Below, piece by piece: positions 54,269 through 64,000 of a stretch of 64,000 nucleotides of DNA. The notes beneath the pieces were generated by a model that made no database searches, had not been told where the DNA came from, and worked only from the letters and a program-made list of their open reading frames with translations. The stretch covers positions 1,717 to 65,716 of the forward strand of contig CAZMFQ010000011.1 of NCBI GenBank assembly GCA_964565645.1. Reading direction: 5' to 3'. A program made the position numbers and the translations under genes. The first letter of the stretch is position 1. Each line of letters begins with the position of its first letter. The DNA comes from an uncultured Eubacteriales bacterium. GTDB taxonomy: Bacteria; Actinomycetota; Coriobacteriia; Anaerosomatales; JAHIQC01.

Positions 54269-55878
54269 CCCGCGTCCTCCTGGGCCATCCGCACCGGCCG
54301 CGATCCGTACCAGCGCAGCAGGCGCTGCGCCCGCTCCGCTTCCAGATGCACGATCCGGTGGCGCGCCCGTGCGTTGCCCGAGACCGAGTCCGCGATGATG
54401 GTCGCGAGCCCGGCACGCCGCTGGAACGGGTTCTGCGTGATCGTGAGCGACTGGATGCGCATCCTGGCGATGCGGATCCGGCTCCTGCCAAAGACCCCGA
54501 CCTGCATCGTCATCGCCGACTCGTCGACACCGATCCCGGCCGCGCGCCATGCGAGCGCGCGCACCGAGGCGACGATCAGCGCCACGAGTACGACCACCGT
54601 GCCTCCCGCGGCGTAGCCCGGCGTCCACAGCATGCCGAGGACCGCCGTGAGTGCCGCGCCTGTGAGCAGCGTGAGCGCCGTCGGGACGAACAGGTAGAAG
54701 CGCACCGCGCGCGGCGGGAGTCCCGGGGCGACGGGGAACTCATCGGCCTCCGGCAGAAGCCCGTGCATGACTGCGGGGAGGTCCCGCATGCGCAAACCGG
54801 GCAGCAGCGCGGTCGACCCGCCTGAGGCCTGCTGCTGCTGGTGGCTGATGCCGGCCGTGTCCACATACACCGTGCACCTGCCGAGGAGCTTGCGCAGCAG
54901 CGGTTCCTCGACGCGCACCGACTGCACCCGGCGGACCGGGATGCCGGTCAGGCGCCGCTCGAGCAGGCCGGCCTCGATCTCGATGCGCTGTCCGCTCCGA
55001 CGGGCCACGAAACCGAAGTCGCGGACGATGCCGGCGCCCAGGGCGATGAGCACCACGAGCCCGATGCCGGCCACGACCGTCACCGCCACGACCGGGACCG
55101 CGAGCGAAGCGGCCGCGCCTGCCGCGGACTCCACGCGCGACAGCCCGATGACCTCCACGAGCTGCGCGCCGGCGCCGAGGATGAGGGCGAACATGAGCGG
55201 CACGCGGTTGGAGGTGAGCGAGGCGATCACGAGTTCGATGAACGGCACGCGGTGCTCGTACTCGACGACGGCCGCGTGCACCTCCGCACCGCCGAACGCG
55301 CCGCGGAAGTCGCTCATGCGCCCGACGGGGTCCGCACCCATCGGCAGGCCCGCCGCGAGATTCCCGGCTGCGCCACCGGACGCTGCGGAGTCCGCCTCCT
55401 CGGCCGGGACGGGGGCCTGTTCGTGCCCGGTGTGCAGCAACGCCGCCTTGAGCGCCTCGGCCTCGGCCAGCGTGATCGCTCCGATCTTGGCCTCCGGCTC
55501 GTTGGAGCCGCCGCCCGCGGTCTGCACCACCACCTCGACGAGTCCGAGCATGCGCATGAACAGGTCCGCGCGGACGTTGACGCCGTGCACGCGCGCCACG
55601 GGGATGACGCTGCGGTGTCGGACCAGCAGTCCGCCCACGACCACGAGGTCCTCGCCCTGGATGCCGTATCCGAAGCGCGACCACGCGACCCACTGGGTCG
55701 CCACGCCGATGAGGACCGACAGCAGCATCAACCCGCCGAACAGGGCGATCGACGCGCTCTGTCCGATGCCGCTCGCGATGAACACGAAGAAGATGCCGAC
55801 GGCGCTCTGCCACAGCAACGTGACGGAGCGGACGATCACGGTGGCCGGGTGGGTCCGCTTGAGCTCAGACTCCGCCAT
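54265..55878 (-). CDS. Membrane protein with bacterial PH domains (YdbT-like)
   Basis: KRTHPAT; GLLERR..IPVRRVQSV; RIQSL..TQNPFQRR. Confidence 0.85.
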   Translation of the reverse strand: MAESELKRTHPATVIVRSVTLLWQSAVGIFFVFIASGIGQSASIALFGGLMLLSVLIGVATQWVAWSRFGYGIQGEDLVVVGGLLVRHRSVIPVARVHGVNVRADLFMRMLGLVEVVVQTAGGGSNEPEAKIGAITLAEAEALKAALLHTGHEQAPVPAEEADSAASGGAAGNLAAGLPMGADPVGRMSDFRGAFGGAEVHAAVVEYEHRVPFIELVIASLTSNRVPLMFALILGAGAQLVEVIGLSRVESAAGAAASLAVPVVAVTVVAGIGLVVLIALGAGIVRDFGFVARRSGQRIEIEAGLLERRLTGIPVRRVQSVRVEEPLLRKLLGRCTVYVDTAGISHQQQQASGGSTALLPGLRMRDLPAVMHGLLPEADEFPVAPGLPPRAVRFYLFVPTALTLLTGAALTAVLGMLWTPGYAAGGTVVVLVALIVASVRALAWRAAGIGVDESAMTMQVGVFGRSRIRIARMRIQSLTITQNPFQRRAGLATIIADSVSGNARARHRIVHLEAERAQRLLRWYGSRPVRMAQEDAG

Positions 55879-56362
55879 CGTCGCTCACCCGCGCGAGTGT
55901 GGCGATGCGGTCCCGCAGTTCGCCGGCCTCGGTCTCGGAGAGGGCCGGGATGGCGTGCGAGCCCGCGGCGGTCCATACCCGGACCTCCGAGAGGTCGAAG
56001 GCGCGCATGATCGGGCCCTGGCTCGTGTCGACGTGCTGGATGCGCGGCATGGGGATGACGGTGCGCTGGATGACGAACAGCCCGTGCTGCAACCGGACCT
56101 CGAGTTCGGTCACTTCCCAGCGCCAGCGTTCGTAGCGGATGGCGATCGCGGGGCCGAGCGCGATGACGACGCCGGCTAGCACGATGACGGCGGGCACGGT
56201 CCAGAGCACCGAGGGCGCTTCGACCATCGTGAGGATCACCGCGGTGATGGCCACCGCAAGCACGGCCACCGAGGTCCCGACGAGCGCCTGGATGCGCCAG
56301 ACGCTCTTGGCCCTCGGATCGAGCTTGTTCGCTGGTGCCCCCTGGGTCTTCATGCGCACCAT
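55865..56362 (-). CDS. Bacterial PH domain membrane protein (YdbS-like)
   Basis: LDPRAKSVWR; IPMPRIQHVDTSQGP. Confidence 0.85.
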   Translation of the reverse strand: MVRMKTQGAPANKLDPRAKSVWRIQALVGTSVAVLAVAITAVILTMVEAPSVLWTVPAVIVLAGVVIALGPAIAIRYERWRWEVTELEVRLQHGLFVIQRTVIPMPRIQHVDTSQGPIMRAFDLSEVRVWTAAGSHAIPALSETEAGELRDRIATLARVSDDGGV

Positions 56363-56447
56363 GGTATCCGATTGGGTCCGTGTCCGGGCAGGCTCCTCGG
56401 CGTACACTGGTCGATGCCGGATCCTCGACCCACGACCGGAGGCCCCC

Positions 56448-56954
56448 ATGAGCGATAGTGACCGTCCCGATCCCATCGCGGTTGCGCGCGCCGAGACCCG
56501 CGCCGCGTTCGAGAACCGCGCGCTGTTCTACCTCCACATGTACGAGACGCTTGCCGAGGAGCTGGGCGCCGAGAAGGCCGCGGAGCTCATGAAGCGCGCC
56601 ATCTACGAGCGGGGCCTCGAGGTCGGCGAGCGCTATCGCGAGGCCGTCGAGGACGGTGACCTCGAGCTTGTGGGCGAGCTGTTCTGCGCGGGATCACCCT
56701 GCGAGGGCGAGCTCTTCGAGCCCGGCGTCGAGGAGTCGGGGACGAGTCGCACGGTGCTGAGGATGACCGCCTGCCCGCTCGTGGACGCATGGCGTGCGCA
56801 TGGCGTGCCGGAGTACGAGATCGACGTGCTGTGTTCGATCGCGGCCGCGGTGGATGAGGGCACATTCGAGGGTGCCGGGCTCGAACTCGCGTTCCTCGAC
56901 CGCCTCGGGCGGCCCGGCTCCGAGAGCTGCCTGCTCGATCTCCGGCTTCGTTAG
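56448..56954 (+). CDS. L-2-amino-thiazoline-4-carboxylate hydrolase-like protein
   Basis: MTACPLVDAW; LCSIAAAVDEG; RBS ggagg. Confidence 0.72.
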   Translation: MSDSDRPDPIAVARAETRAAFENRALFYLHMYETLAEELGAEKAAELMKRAIYERGLEVGERYREAVEDGDLELVGELFCAGSPCEGELFEPGVEESGTSRTVLRMTACPLVDAWRAHGVPEYEIDVLCSIAAAVDEGTFEGAGLELAFLDRLGRPGSESCLLDLRLR

Positions 56955-57035
56955 TCTGCCGGTGAGCGCGCGCGGTGCCTGACCAAGGCACCGGCGGGGC
57001 ATAGACTCCTTGGACCACGCGAAAGGAGCCCGCAC

Positions 57036-57419
57036 ATGGATCGCGCCATCGTGGCAGTGCCCTCACAGACCCCCGCCGGCCTCGAGGCACCCAGATCATC
57101 ACATTTCGGCAGCGCGCCGTACTTCATCGTCGCGCAGGTCGAGCAAGGCCGGATCACGCACGTCAGAGCGATCTCGAACCAGTCGGACACCCAGGGCGGA
57201 CACGGACAGATAGCCCGCGCGCTCATCGAGGACGGACTGACCGACATCATCACCGCGGGAATAGGCCAGGGCATGCGCTCCAAGGCCGACTCAGCGGGAG
57301 TGAACATCTGGATCGATCGCGACTCCCCGAGTGTTGGCGAAGCGATCGCCGGGCTGCTCGCCGGTTCTCTGCCCCGGGCGACCGACGCCGACGTGCACGC
57401 GGGGCACCGCGCACACTAG
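57036..57419 (+). CDS. NifB/NifX-family Fe-Mo cofactor-binding-like protein
   Basis: SSHFGSAPYF; IITAGIG. Confidence 0.82.
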   Translation: MDRAIVAVPSQTPAGLEAPRSSHFGSAPYFIVAQVEQGRITHVRAISNQSDTQGGHGQIARALIEDGLTDIITAGIGQGMRSKADSAGVNIWIDRDSPSVGEAIAGLLAGSLPRATDADVHAGHRAH

Positions 57420-57505
57420 TCATCATCGGGTTCTCAGATTCCCTCGGCACCCGCCTCGGGGCTATCCTGTTGCGGGGCGAACCATGCGAGGGTGGAGGTG
57501 GCGGT

Positions 57506-58000
57506 GTGTCACGCGACGAGGTTCTTGAGCGGTTGCAGCACAACCGGATCCGGTTCGATCAGCGTATCGCGAAGATCCCTGTAGAGCGCCTGGACGCGGC
57601 GCCTCCCGGTCGGGCGCACACCCCGAAACAGGTCGTGGCGCACATCACCTCCTACGAGGAACTCATCGTGGAGCGCCTCCGCGCCGCCCGCGTGGGCGAT
57701 ACGACAGCGTTGTTCCGCGACCGTGTGGGCTGGGAGGAGTTCAACGACCAGGTCTGGGCGCAGGCGGCCGGTCGTGACGCCGCCGAGGTTCTCAGGGACT
57801 CGGCCCGTGTGTTCGCCGAACTCGTGCATGAGCTCATGCTCGTGAGTGACGCCGAGATGAACGAGGCGACCGGGGTCGTCGCGCACATCGATCCGGCATG
57901 GCTCCAGGGCCGGACGCTCGCAGAGGTCATCGCGGTGGACGCGTTCGATCACTACCCGATGCACTACGACGAGCTCGATCAGGCCCTCGCCGAGGAGTGA
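57506..58000 (+). CDS. DinB/ClbS-like four-helix bundle protein
   Basis: TPKQVVAHI; DHYPMH. Confidence 0.75.
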   Translation: MSRDEVLERLQHNRIRFDQRIAKIPVERLDAAPPGRAHTPKQVVAHITSYEELIVERLRAARVGDTTALFRDRVGWEEFNDQVWAQAAGRDAAEVLRDSARVFAELVHELMLVSDAEMNEATGVVAHIDPAWLQGRTLAEVIAVDAFDHYPMHYDELDQALAEE

Positions 58001-58010
58001 CGGTTCGCGA

Positions 58011-58676
58011 CTATGCGAGCCAGTGGACCTCGCCGCTCGCGAGCTTGTACGCGGCGCCCTGCACCGCGACGCTTCCCGCGGGCACGTCCATACCTGCCAC
58101 GAGCTCGATGAGCTCGGCCACGGTGTCGCGCACGTGATCGTCGACGGCGGCCGCGAGCAGCGCATCGTCGGCGTCGGCGGGAGCGAGGCTCGGGTCGACG
58201 TGGCTGACGTCGATCTTCTCCACGATCGGCGCGAGCCATCCGGGTGCATCGCCCGCGAGCGCCGCGCTCACGGCGCCGCAGTCCTCGTGACCGAGCACGA
58301 CCACGACGCGCGTTCCGAGCTTCTCGAGCGCGAAACGGATCGAGGCGACGCTCGCCTGCGCGAGCACATGTCCCGCGGTGCGCACGACAAAGAGCTCACC
58401 CGGGCCCGCGTCGAACACGGCCTCTACCGGAACGCGTGAGTCCGAGCAGCCCACCACCACGGCCATCGGGTCCTGTCCTTCGAGCGAGGAGGCGCGCTCG
58501 GCGGCGGAGTAGCGTGCCGAGGAAAGGCCGGAGGCGAACCGCGTGTTGCCTTCGCGGAGCCTGGCGAGGGTGGCGGAGTTGTCCTGGGTCACCTGCTTCG
58601 TCCCTTCGGGTAGCGGCCTGCGCCCATGATAGCCGAGTGCGGCCGGTTCCCGCGTGGCATCGTGAGCGTGCGTCAC
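58011..58676 (-). CDS. Beta-class carbonic anhydrase
   Basis: LREGNTRF; GCSDSRVP; VRTAGH; GHEDCGAV. Confidence 0.92.
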   Translation of the reverse strand: MTHAHDATREPAALGYHGRRPLPEGTKQVTQDNSATLARLREGNTRFASGLSSARYSAAERASSLEGQDPMAVVVGCSDSRVPVEAVFDAGPGELFVVRTAGHVLAQASVASIRFALEKLGTRVVVVLGHEDCGAVSAALAGDAPGWLAPIVEKIDVSHVDPSLAPADADDALLAAAVDDHVRDTVAELIELVAGMDVPAGSVAVQGAAYKLASGEVHWLA

Positions 58677-60226
58677 TCCACGTTGATGAGCGCGTCGGTC
58701 GGCGCGTGCGAGTCGGTCAGAAGCGGGACGTCCGCGACAGGAACGGGCTTGTCGTACAGGTCGTCGGCGAACGTCTCGAAGCCTTCGATGGTCACGCGCC
58801 CGTCGAGGGCGGTGCGGATGCGGCGGTCGAGGGTCCCGGGGTCCACCGAGGCGTCCGAGGCGAGCACGATGGTGTTGCGCCGGATGTCCATGTCCTCACC
58901 GGCGCCGTACCCGATCGGGAACGCCCAGAGGTTGTCCCAGACTTCCGCGGTCGTCCTGTGCATGCTGCGGAACAGCTTGCTTCCGGGGCCCTCGACGGGG
59001 GAGACGACGTTGTAGGCGAGCACGCCGTCGGGCGCCATGTGCTCCTTCACCTCGCCGAGGAACTCCACGGTGGTGAGGTGGAACGGGAGCGAGTCAGCGT
59101 AGTACGCGTCCACTATGACGACATCGTAGGTCCGGTCGGTGGTCTGCACGTAGCGACGTGCATCCTCGGTGAAGACCTCGAGACGTTCGTCTTGCGGGAG
59201 CCAGAAGTACTTCTCGGCGACCTCGACGACCGCCGGGTCGATCTCGACCGAGTCGACGGTCATCTCGGGGTAGTCGCGCCAGTAGCGTTTGGTGATGGCG
59301 CCCCCGCCGAGACCGAGCACGAGCACGCGCTTCGCATCGGGCTTCACGCTGAGCGCCAGGTGCATGTAATCGGGGTAGCGGATCCTGCTCGTGAAGGGGT
59401 CCGACATGTCGATGGCGGACTGGTGTGAGCGGTCGAAGCGCAGGTGCCGGGTCTCGGCGTCCTCGGTCACGGTGATGCGGTGGTACTGCGTGTCGACCCG
59501 GTACAGGACCGTCTCGCCCTTCTCGTTACGCGCCGGGGCGGGCGCGACGCGCCAGAGCACGATCCCTCCGACGATCACGCCGAGGGCCACAAGCGCGACC
59601 GCGCTGACGGCCGTCGCGGACAGCACGCGGCGTTTCGGTGCGGCCGACTCCTCGGCGGGTACCGGAAGTCCGAGCGAGAGGAGCGCTGTGGCACAGAGGG
59701 CGAAACCGGTGCACACGATGAGCGGCTCGATCGAGAGCAGCGGGATGAGCCAGAACGAGGTGGCGAGCGTGCCGAAGATGCTGCCCGCCGTCGAGACGGC
59801 GTAGAGGTTGCCGGTCGAGCGGCCGAGGTGCGTCATGCCGCGGTCGGCGGCGAGGCGCACTCCCAGCGGCGAGACCGTGGCGAGCAGGAGTGCGGGCAGG
59901 AAGAACACCAGTCCGGCGGCGGTGAGCGAGCCCAGGCGCGGCCCGAGCTCCGCCGTGGCCGGCAGGGAGGTCGAGGCGATGACCGGGGCGAACACGGTCG
60001 CGAGCCCGGCGCCCGCGATCACGGTCGGCAGCACACGCCGCGGCCCGAAGTGGTCCGCGAGCTGGCCGCCAAGCCAGTAGCCGAGCGAGAGCGCCACCAT
60101 GACGACGCTGATGACGCTGCCCCACACGTAGATGGAGTTGCCGAGGAACGGCGCCAGCACGCGCGCCGCCACGAGTTCGAGACCCATGAGTGCGGCGCCG
60201 CACAGGAACACGATCGCGTTGAGCAT
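58673..60226 (-). CDS. Fused membrane domain / spermidine synthase
   Basis: N-terminal TMs; VLVLGLGGG; VEIDPAV; VIVDAY. Confidence 0.9.
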   Translation of the reverse strand: MLNAIVFLCGAALMGLELVAARVLAPFLGNSIYVWGSVISVVMVALSLGYWLGGQLADHFGPRRVLPTVIAGAGLATVFAPVIASTSLPATAELGPRLGSLTAAGLVFFLPALLLATVSPLGVRLAADRGMTHLGRSTGNLYAVSTAGSIFGTLATSFWLIPLLSIEPLIVCTGFALCATALLSLGLPVPAEESAAPKRRVLSATAVSAVALVALGVIVGGIVLWRVAPAPARNEKGETVLYRVDTQYHRITVTEDAETRHLRFDRSHQSAIDMSDPFTSRIRYPDYMHLALSVKPDAKRVLVLGLGGGAITKRYWRDYPEMTVDSVEIDPAVVEVAEKYFWLPQDERLEVFTEDARRYVQTTDRTYDVVIVDAYYADSLPFHLTTVEFLGEVKEHMAPDGVLAYNVVSPVEGPGSKLFRSMHRTTAEVWDNLWAFPIGYGAGEDMDIRRNTIVLASDASVDPGTLDRRIRTALDGRVTIEGFETFADDLYDKPVPVADVPLLTDSHAPTDALINVE

Positions 60227-60427
60227 CCTTTGCCTCCTTGGGAGGTGGGTTCGTCGGCACAGACCCCCATCCTCTTGCGGATGCGGAGCGAGGACTCATT
60301 GTAGCGGCCGAACACAGCCTACCGTTCATCCGGTTGCACCTGCCGATGCTCGTGATTTCGGCTACGATATGAACGTGGCGCGCCCGGGGGACACGTGCGC
60401 GCGTTGTCTGCGGTGGAGGGAGCACTC

Positions 60428-63097
60428 ATGCACGTGCAAGTCACGCGGCGCCGTCGTGCGCTCAGTCTTCTCTTGGTGATGGCGATGTGCGCTGCGCTGT
60501 TGCCGGTGATGCCGGCCGCGGCTGTGCCGGCCCCGACGATCTATGTCGACCCGGTCGGCGGCGATGACGCCAACACCGGCGCCTCGGAGGCCGAGGCACT
60601 CGAGACGCTCACATCTGCGATAGACGCCTCCGATCCGGGAAGCGCGATCGTCATGCTGCCCGGAACGTACGAGCTCGCGGACGCGATCCTGCTGCCCTGG
60701 CGACTCGACTTCGTCGGCCGCGACGGTGCAGCCGAGACGACCATCACCCTCGCAGGCGACGAAGGCATGTTCGACATCGAGTCGAACGCGTCGGGCACGA
60801 CGTTCGAGGGCATTGCGTTCGTGGGTGCGAGCAACGTCGCGCATCCCGGCGGGGCGATAGCGGTCTCTGACGCCGAGTTGACGATCTCGGAATGCGTGTT
60901 CAGGGACAACTGGACGCCGGTCGGCGGCGCGCTGTACGCCGGCGGGGCGAGTCTGGTGATCGAAGACACCGTGTTCGACCGTAACGGTGATGAGACCACC
61001 ACCACGCCTTTCGGCGCTGCGGAGGTGATTGACCGCGAGTGCTACGAAGGTGGCGCCATTTACGCGGAAGCGAGTGGCGTCACGATCACCGGCTCCACAT
61101 TCACCGACAACGGCGCCTATTTCGTCGCCCCCGCGGTGATGTGCGCGGGCTCCGAGGCGATGGTCTCAGACACCACGTTCGATCATAACCAGGTCACCCA
61201 GTGGTTCGACATGATGGTCCCGGCGCCGAACGAATCCTTCACGTTCGACGGCGTTTCCGCGCAGGTGACGGGGCCGATATCGGACGATTCCGGGGCCCTG
61301 ACCTTCGCGGATTCCTACGCGATGGTGGAGCGTTGCGAGTTCACAGAGAACCTCGCGTACGCGGGTGCCGGCGTCTTGGTTAGCGGAGGTTCGGTCGCGG
61401 TCTACCAGTCCGAGTTCCGCGACAACATCACCTATACCGGGGCTGCGGCTTTCGGTGCGCTGCTCGAGCCGCCGACGGTCGAGGAGTTCAAGGACAACGT
61501 CACATTCGACTCTGCGGCGCCTGTCTCGCCGCTTCGCGAGATGCCGCATCTCGTCGACCGGTCGCTGTTCACCGGGACGACCGGCGGCGGCGCCGTGCTG
61601 GGCTTCATGGGTGAGACCGGCATGGTCACCAACTCGCAGTTCGTCCAGAACGGGGAACCCGGCGATGAGCCGGACCTGTACACGGTCATCGGCACGTCGG
61701 GCGGGGCCCCGGTCCCGAACATCATCATCGATCTGGTCGACCCGGTCGACGTGTACAACTGCACGATCGCCGACAACTCAGCCGGCACGGGCGTGTTCGG
61801 CCTGGACATGCCAGTCGACGTGATAGACACCATCGTCTGGAACGGCTTGGGCCTGGATTCGGTCGTCACCGCCGGAGACGTCCTGGGCTGCGACCTCGAG
61901 ACCGACATCCCCGATTTCTCGGCTCCGTCGTCCGGTCCGGGCGCGAGCTCCGTCTTCGGCTATATCAGCTTGTATCCCGAGTTCGTGGATCCCGATGCCG
62001 GCGATTACCGCCTCAAGCCGTTCTCCCCGTGTATCGACACGGGTACCGACGTGGTCTCCGAGTGGGTGACCGAGGACTATGACGGCGTGATGCGTCCGAT
62101 CGACGGCGACGAGGACGAGACAGCCCAGTGGGACATCGGCGCGTTCGAGTACGACCCGTGGAGTGACACGCGCATCGGCGGCTCCGACCGCTTCGATACG
62201 AGCGTCGAGGTCTCCCAGCGTCACTTCCCCGAGGGTGCCGACACCGTCATCCTCGCGACCGGCCTCAAGTTCGCGGACGGCCTTGCCGCCGCAGGCCTTG
62301 CCGGTGTCTACGACGCCCCGCTGCTGCTGACCGACAGCGACGAGCTGCCCGAGGTGGTGGCCGATGAGATCGTGCGTCTGGGCGCTTCCGAGGTCATCAT
62401 CATGGGCGGCACTCTCGCTGTCAGCGAGGACGTCGCCGACGAGGTCGCAGCCCTGGGCGAGATCACTGTCGACCGCATCGGTGGCGAGGACCGCTACGAG
62501 ACCGCCGCTCTGATCGCCGATGAGATCGTGGCGGCAGAGGGTGACGGGTTCGGGGGTACGTTCCTGATCGCGCGCGGCGACCTGTTCGCCGACGCCTTGA
62601 CGGCCTCGCCCGTTGCATATGCGAACCACATCCCGATCCTGCTGGTCGCTCCCGGCGAGCTTCCCGAGGCGACGATCGACGTCATCCAGGCGGCCGGTGC
62701 GGAGCGCGCGATCATCGTCGGCGGCACCGCAGCGGTGCAGCCCAAGGTCGCGACGCAGGTCGCCTCCATGGTGGCGGCGAGCGACCGCATCGACGGCACC
62801 GACCGCTACGACACGTCGGCGAACTTCTGTCAGTGGGCCTACGACAACGAGCTCGCTGACTGGGCTTCGGTCGGCATCGCCACCGGCGAGAAGTTCCCGG
62901 ACGCACTGTCAGGCGGGGCCGGTATAGGCAGCCGTGGCGGCCTCGTCATGCTCACTCCGCGTGCGAGCGTGCACGCCTCCATCCAGAGCAAGCTCGAGGA
63001 GGTCGGCGGCGACGTCGATTCTCTTGAGGTGTTCGGCGGCGAGGGCGCTGTGTCCACGGATGTCTATGACACGCTGATCGGACTCGTGAATCCCTAG
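60428..63097 (+). CDS. Cell-surface protein: pectin-lyase-like beta-helix, choice-of-anchor-Q-like segment, three CWB2 repeats
   Basis: IYVDPVGGDD; GGAI/GGAL repeats; DYRLKPFSPCIDTG; IGGSDRFDT, IGGEDRYET, IDGTDRYDT. Confidence 0.88.
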   Translation: MHVQVTRRRRALSLLLVMAMCAALLPVMPAAAVPAPTIYVDPVGGDDANTGASEAEALETLTSAIDASDPGSAIVMLPGTYELADAILLPWRLDFVGRDGAAETTITLAGDEGMFDIESNASGTTFEGIAFVGASNVAHPGGAIAVSDAELTISECVFRDNWTPVGGALYAGGASLVIEDTVFDRNGDETTTTPFGAAEVIDRECYEGGAIYAEASGVTITGSTFTDNGAYFVAPAVMCAGSEAMVSDTTFDHNQVTQWFDMMVPAPNESFTFDGVSAQVTGPISDDSGALTFADSYAMVERCEFTENLAYAGAGVLVSGGSVAVYQSEFRDNITYTGAAAFGALLEPPTVEEFKDNVTFDSAAPVSPLREMPHLVDRSLFTGTTGGGAVLGFMGETGMVTNSQFVQNGEPGDEPDLYTVIGTSGGAPVPNIIIDLVDPVDVYNCTIADNSAGTGVFGLDMPVDVIDTIVWNGLGLDSVVTAGDVLGCDLETDIPDFSAPSSGPGASSVFGYISLYPEFVDPDAGDYRLKPFSPCIDTGTDVVSEWVTEDYDGVMRPIDGDEDETAQWDIGAFEYDPWSDTRIGGSDRFDTSVEVSQRHFPEGADTVILATGLKFADGLAAAGLAGVYDAPLLLTDSDELPEVVADEIVRLGASEVIIMGGTLAVSEDVADEVAALGEITVDRIGGEDRYETAALIADEIVAAEGDGFGGTFLIARGDLFADALTASPVAYANHIPILLVAPGELPEATIDVIQAAGAERAIIVGGTAAVQPKVATQVASMVAASDRIDGTDRYDTSANFCQWAYDNELADWASVGIATGEKFPDALSGGAGIGSRGGLVMLTPRASVHASIQSKLEEVGGDVDSLEVFGGEGAVSTDVYDTLIGLVNP

Positions 63098-63120
63098 TCG
63101 TACATCACTGCTACCGATGG

Positions 63121-63148
63121 AGGGGCCGTCCCGTCAGGGGCGGCCCCT
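63121..63148 (+). terminator. Intrinsic terminator-like hairpin
   Basis: aggggccgtccc-gtca-ggggcggcccct followed by cttcat. Confidence 0.65.
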
Positions 63149-63236
63149 CTTCATGTACTGGAGACCGCACTCCTCGGCTGGCATGCCCTTGGCTATCATG
63201 TGCGAGGAGCCGCTCGAGTGCGCGTGAGGAGCTGAG

Positions 63237-63680
63237 ATGCCTGAGTGTTCATATCATCCCGGCGTGGAGACCGAGGTCACGTGCGCGGAGTGCGGGCGTC
63301 CCATCTGCCCGAAGGACATGAAAGCGACGCCGGTGGGCTATAAGTGCCCCGAGTGCGCCCGGCCCGCGCGAAGCCAGTACACGTACGTCAAACCGCGACA
63401 GGCCGTCATGGGTCTGCTCGCCGGGCTCGCGGTCGGGTTCGGCGGGGCATGGCTGCTCGCGGGGCTGAGGCTCTCGTTCTTCCTGCTCGGAGTCGTATGG
63501 GGCATGGGCGTGGGCGAGGCCGTTCGCCGGGGTGCGGGCGGACACCGCGGCCCGACGGCCGCGACCATCGGTGTCGTCTGCGTGCTCGTCGGGGGGATCG
63601 CCGGAGGACTCGACATCCTCGGCATAGCCATGGGGGTCGTCGGCGTGCTCTCGGCGCTCTCCTGGAGCTGGGGACGATGA
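63237..63680 (+). CDS. B-box-type zinc finger plus membrane protein
   Basis: CSYHP...CAECGRPICPKD...CPEC, then TM segments. Confidence 0.82.
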   Translation: MPECSYHPGVETEVTCAECGRPICPKDMKATPVGYKCPECARPARSQYTYVKPRQAVMGLLAGLAVGFGGAWLLAGLRLSFFLLGVVWGMGVGEAVRRGAGGHRGPTAATIGVVCVLVGGIAGGLDILGIAMGVVGVLSALSWSWGR

Positions 63681-64000
63681 TGCGCCGGATCGCTCTGTTC
63701 TCCGATGTCCACGGGAACTCTGTCGCACTGGACGCCGTGCTCGAGTCGATAGCCCGGGCCGGCGTCGCGGAAGTCTACTGCCTGGGCGACCTGGTGGGAT
63801 ACGGCCCGGACCCGCAGGGCGTGGTGGACCGGCTTCGCACCCTCGGGATTCCGACGATACAGGGCAACTACGACGAGGGGGTCGGGACCCGGCGCGGCGA
63901 GTGCGGCTGCTACTACGCCACCGACGAGGCGCGATCGGACGGAGCGGCGAGCTACGCGTTCACCGACACCGCCCTTTCCGATGAGGCTCACGCATGGCTT
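63677..64000 (+). CDS. Metallophosphoesterase family protein (partial, runs off the window)
   Basis: FSDVHGN; CLGDLVGYGP; IQGNYD. Confidence 0.88.
   Translation, partial: MMRRIALFSDVHGNSVALDAVLESIARAGVAEVYCLGDLVGYGPDPQGVVDRLRTLGIPTIQGNYDEGVGTRRGECGCYYATDEARSDGAASYAFTDTALSDEAHAWL

Noticed and set aside
1-64000. Integrase, transposase, rRNA or tRNA genes
   Set aside because: No tyrosine-recombinase or DDE motifs in any ORF, and no recognisable rRNA or tRNA sequence.

Overview
High-GC bacterial DNA, most likely a monoderm of the Actinomycetota. Two large surface proteins with triple cell-wall-binding-2 (CWB2) repeats point to Coriobacteriia, but this host call is an inference. Bases 1-25.4 kb are a dense integron-type gene-cassette array with 33 recognisable attC sites and one further decayed site; 22 of them belong to a near-identical 84-bp family. 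The sites have canonical R''/L''/L'/R' arms and both extrahelical bases. In 24 of the first 26 cassettes the 5' core heptamer is the exact reverse complement of that cassette's own 3' inverse core. This complementarity often extends to 12-16 bp with one unpaired base at position 10. No integrase is in the window; it would be expected upstream of base 1. Cassette cargo includes three classical TA modules, an XRE-IrrE/PIN pair, HEPN, HNH (duplicated), a 2H phosphoesterase, a serine protease, GNATs, lipoproteins, many membrane proteins, two small ORFs missed by the ORF track, and a TetR plus reductive-dehalogenase/QueG-like Fe-S module. attC sites decay towards the 3' end. From 25.4 to 39 kb is an accessory detox/resistance stretch (tam, arr, ABC exporter, two Imm5-like genes, TetR, hydrolase) with a possible attC relic. 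From 39 to 64 kb is ordinary chromosome: a cytidylyltransferase/PLP enzyme/CDP-alcohol transferase operon, cspA, amino-acid ABC genes, dusB, a TipA-like MerR regulator, two CWB2 surface proteins, ydbST-like genes, carbonic anhydrase and a fused spermidine synthase.
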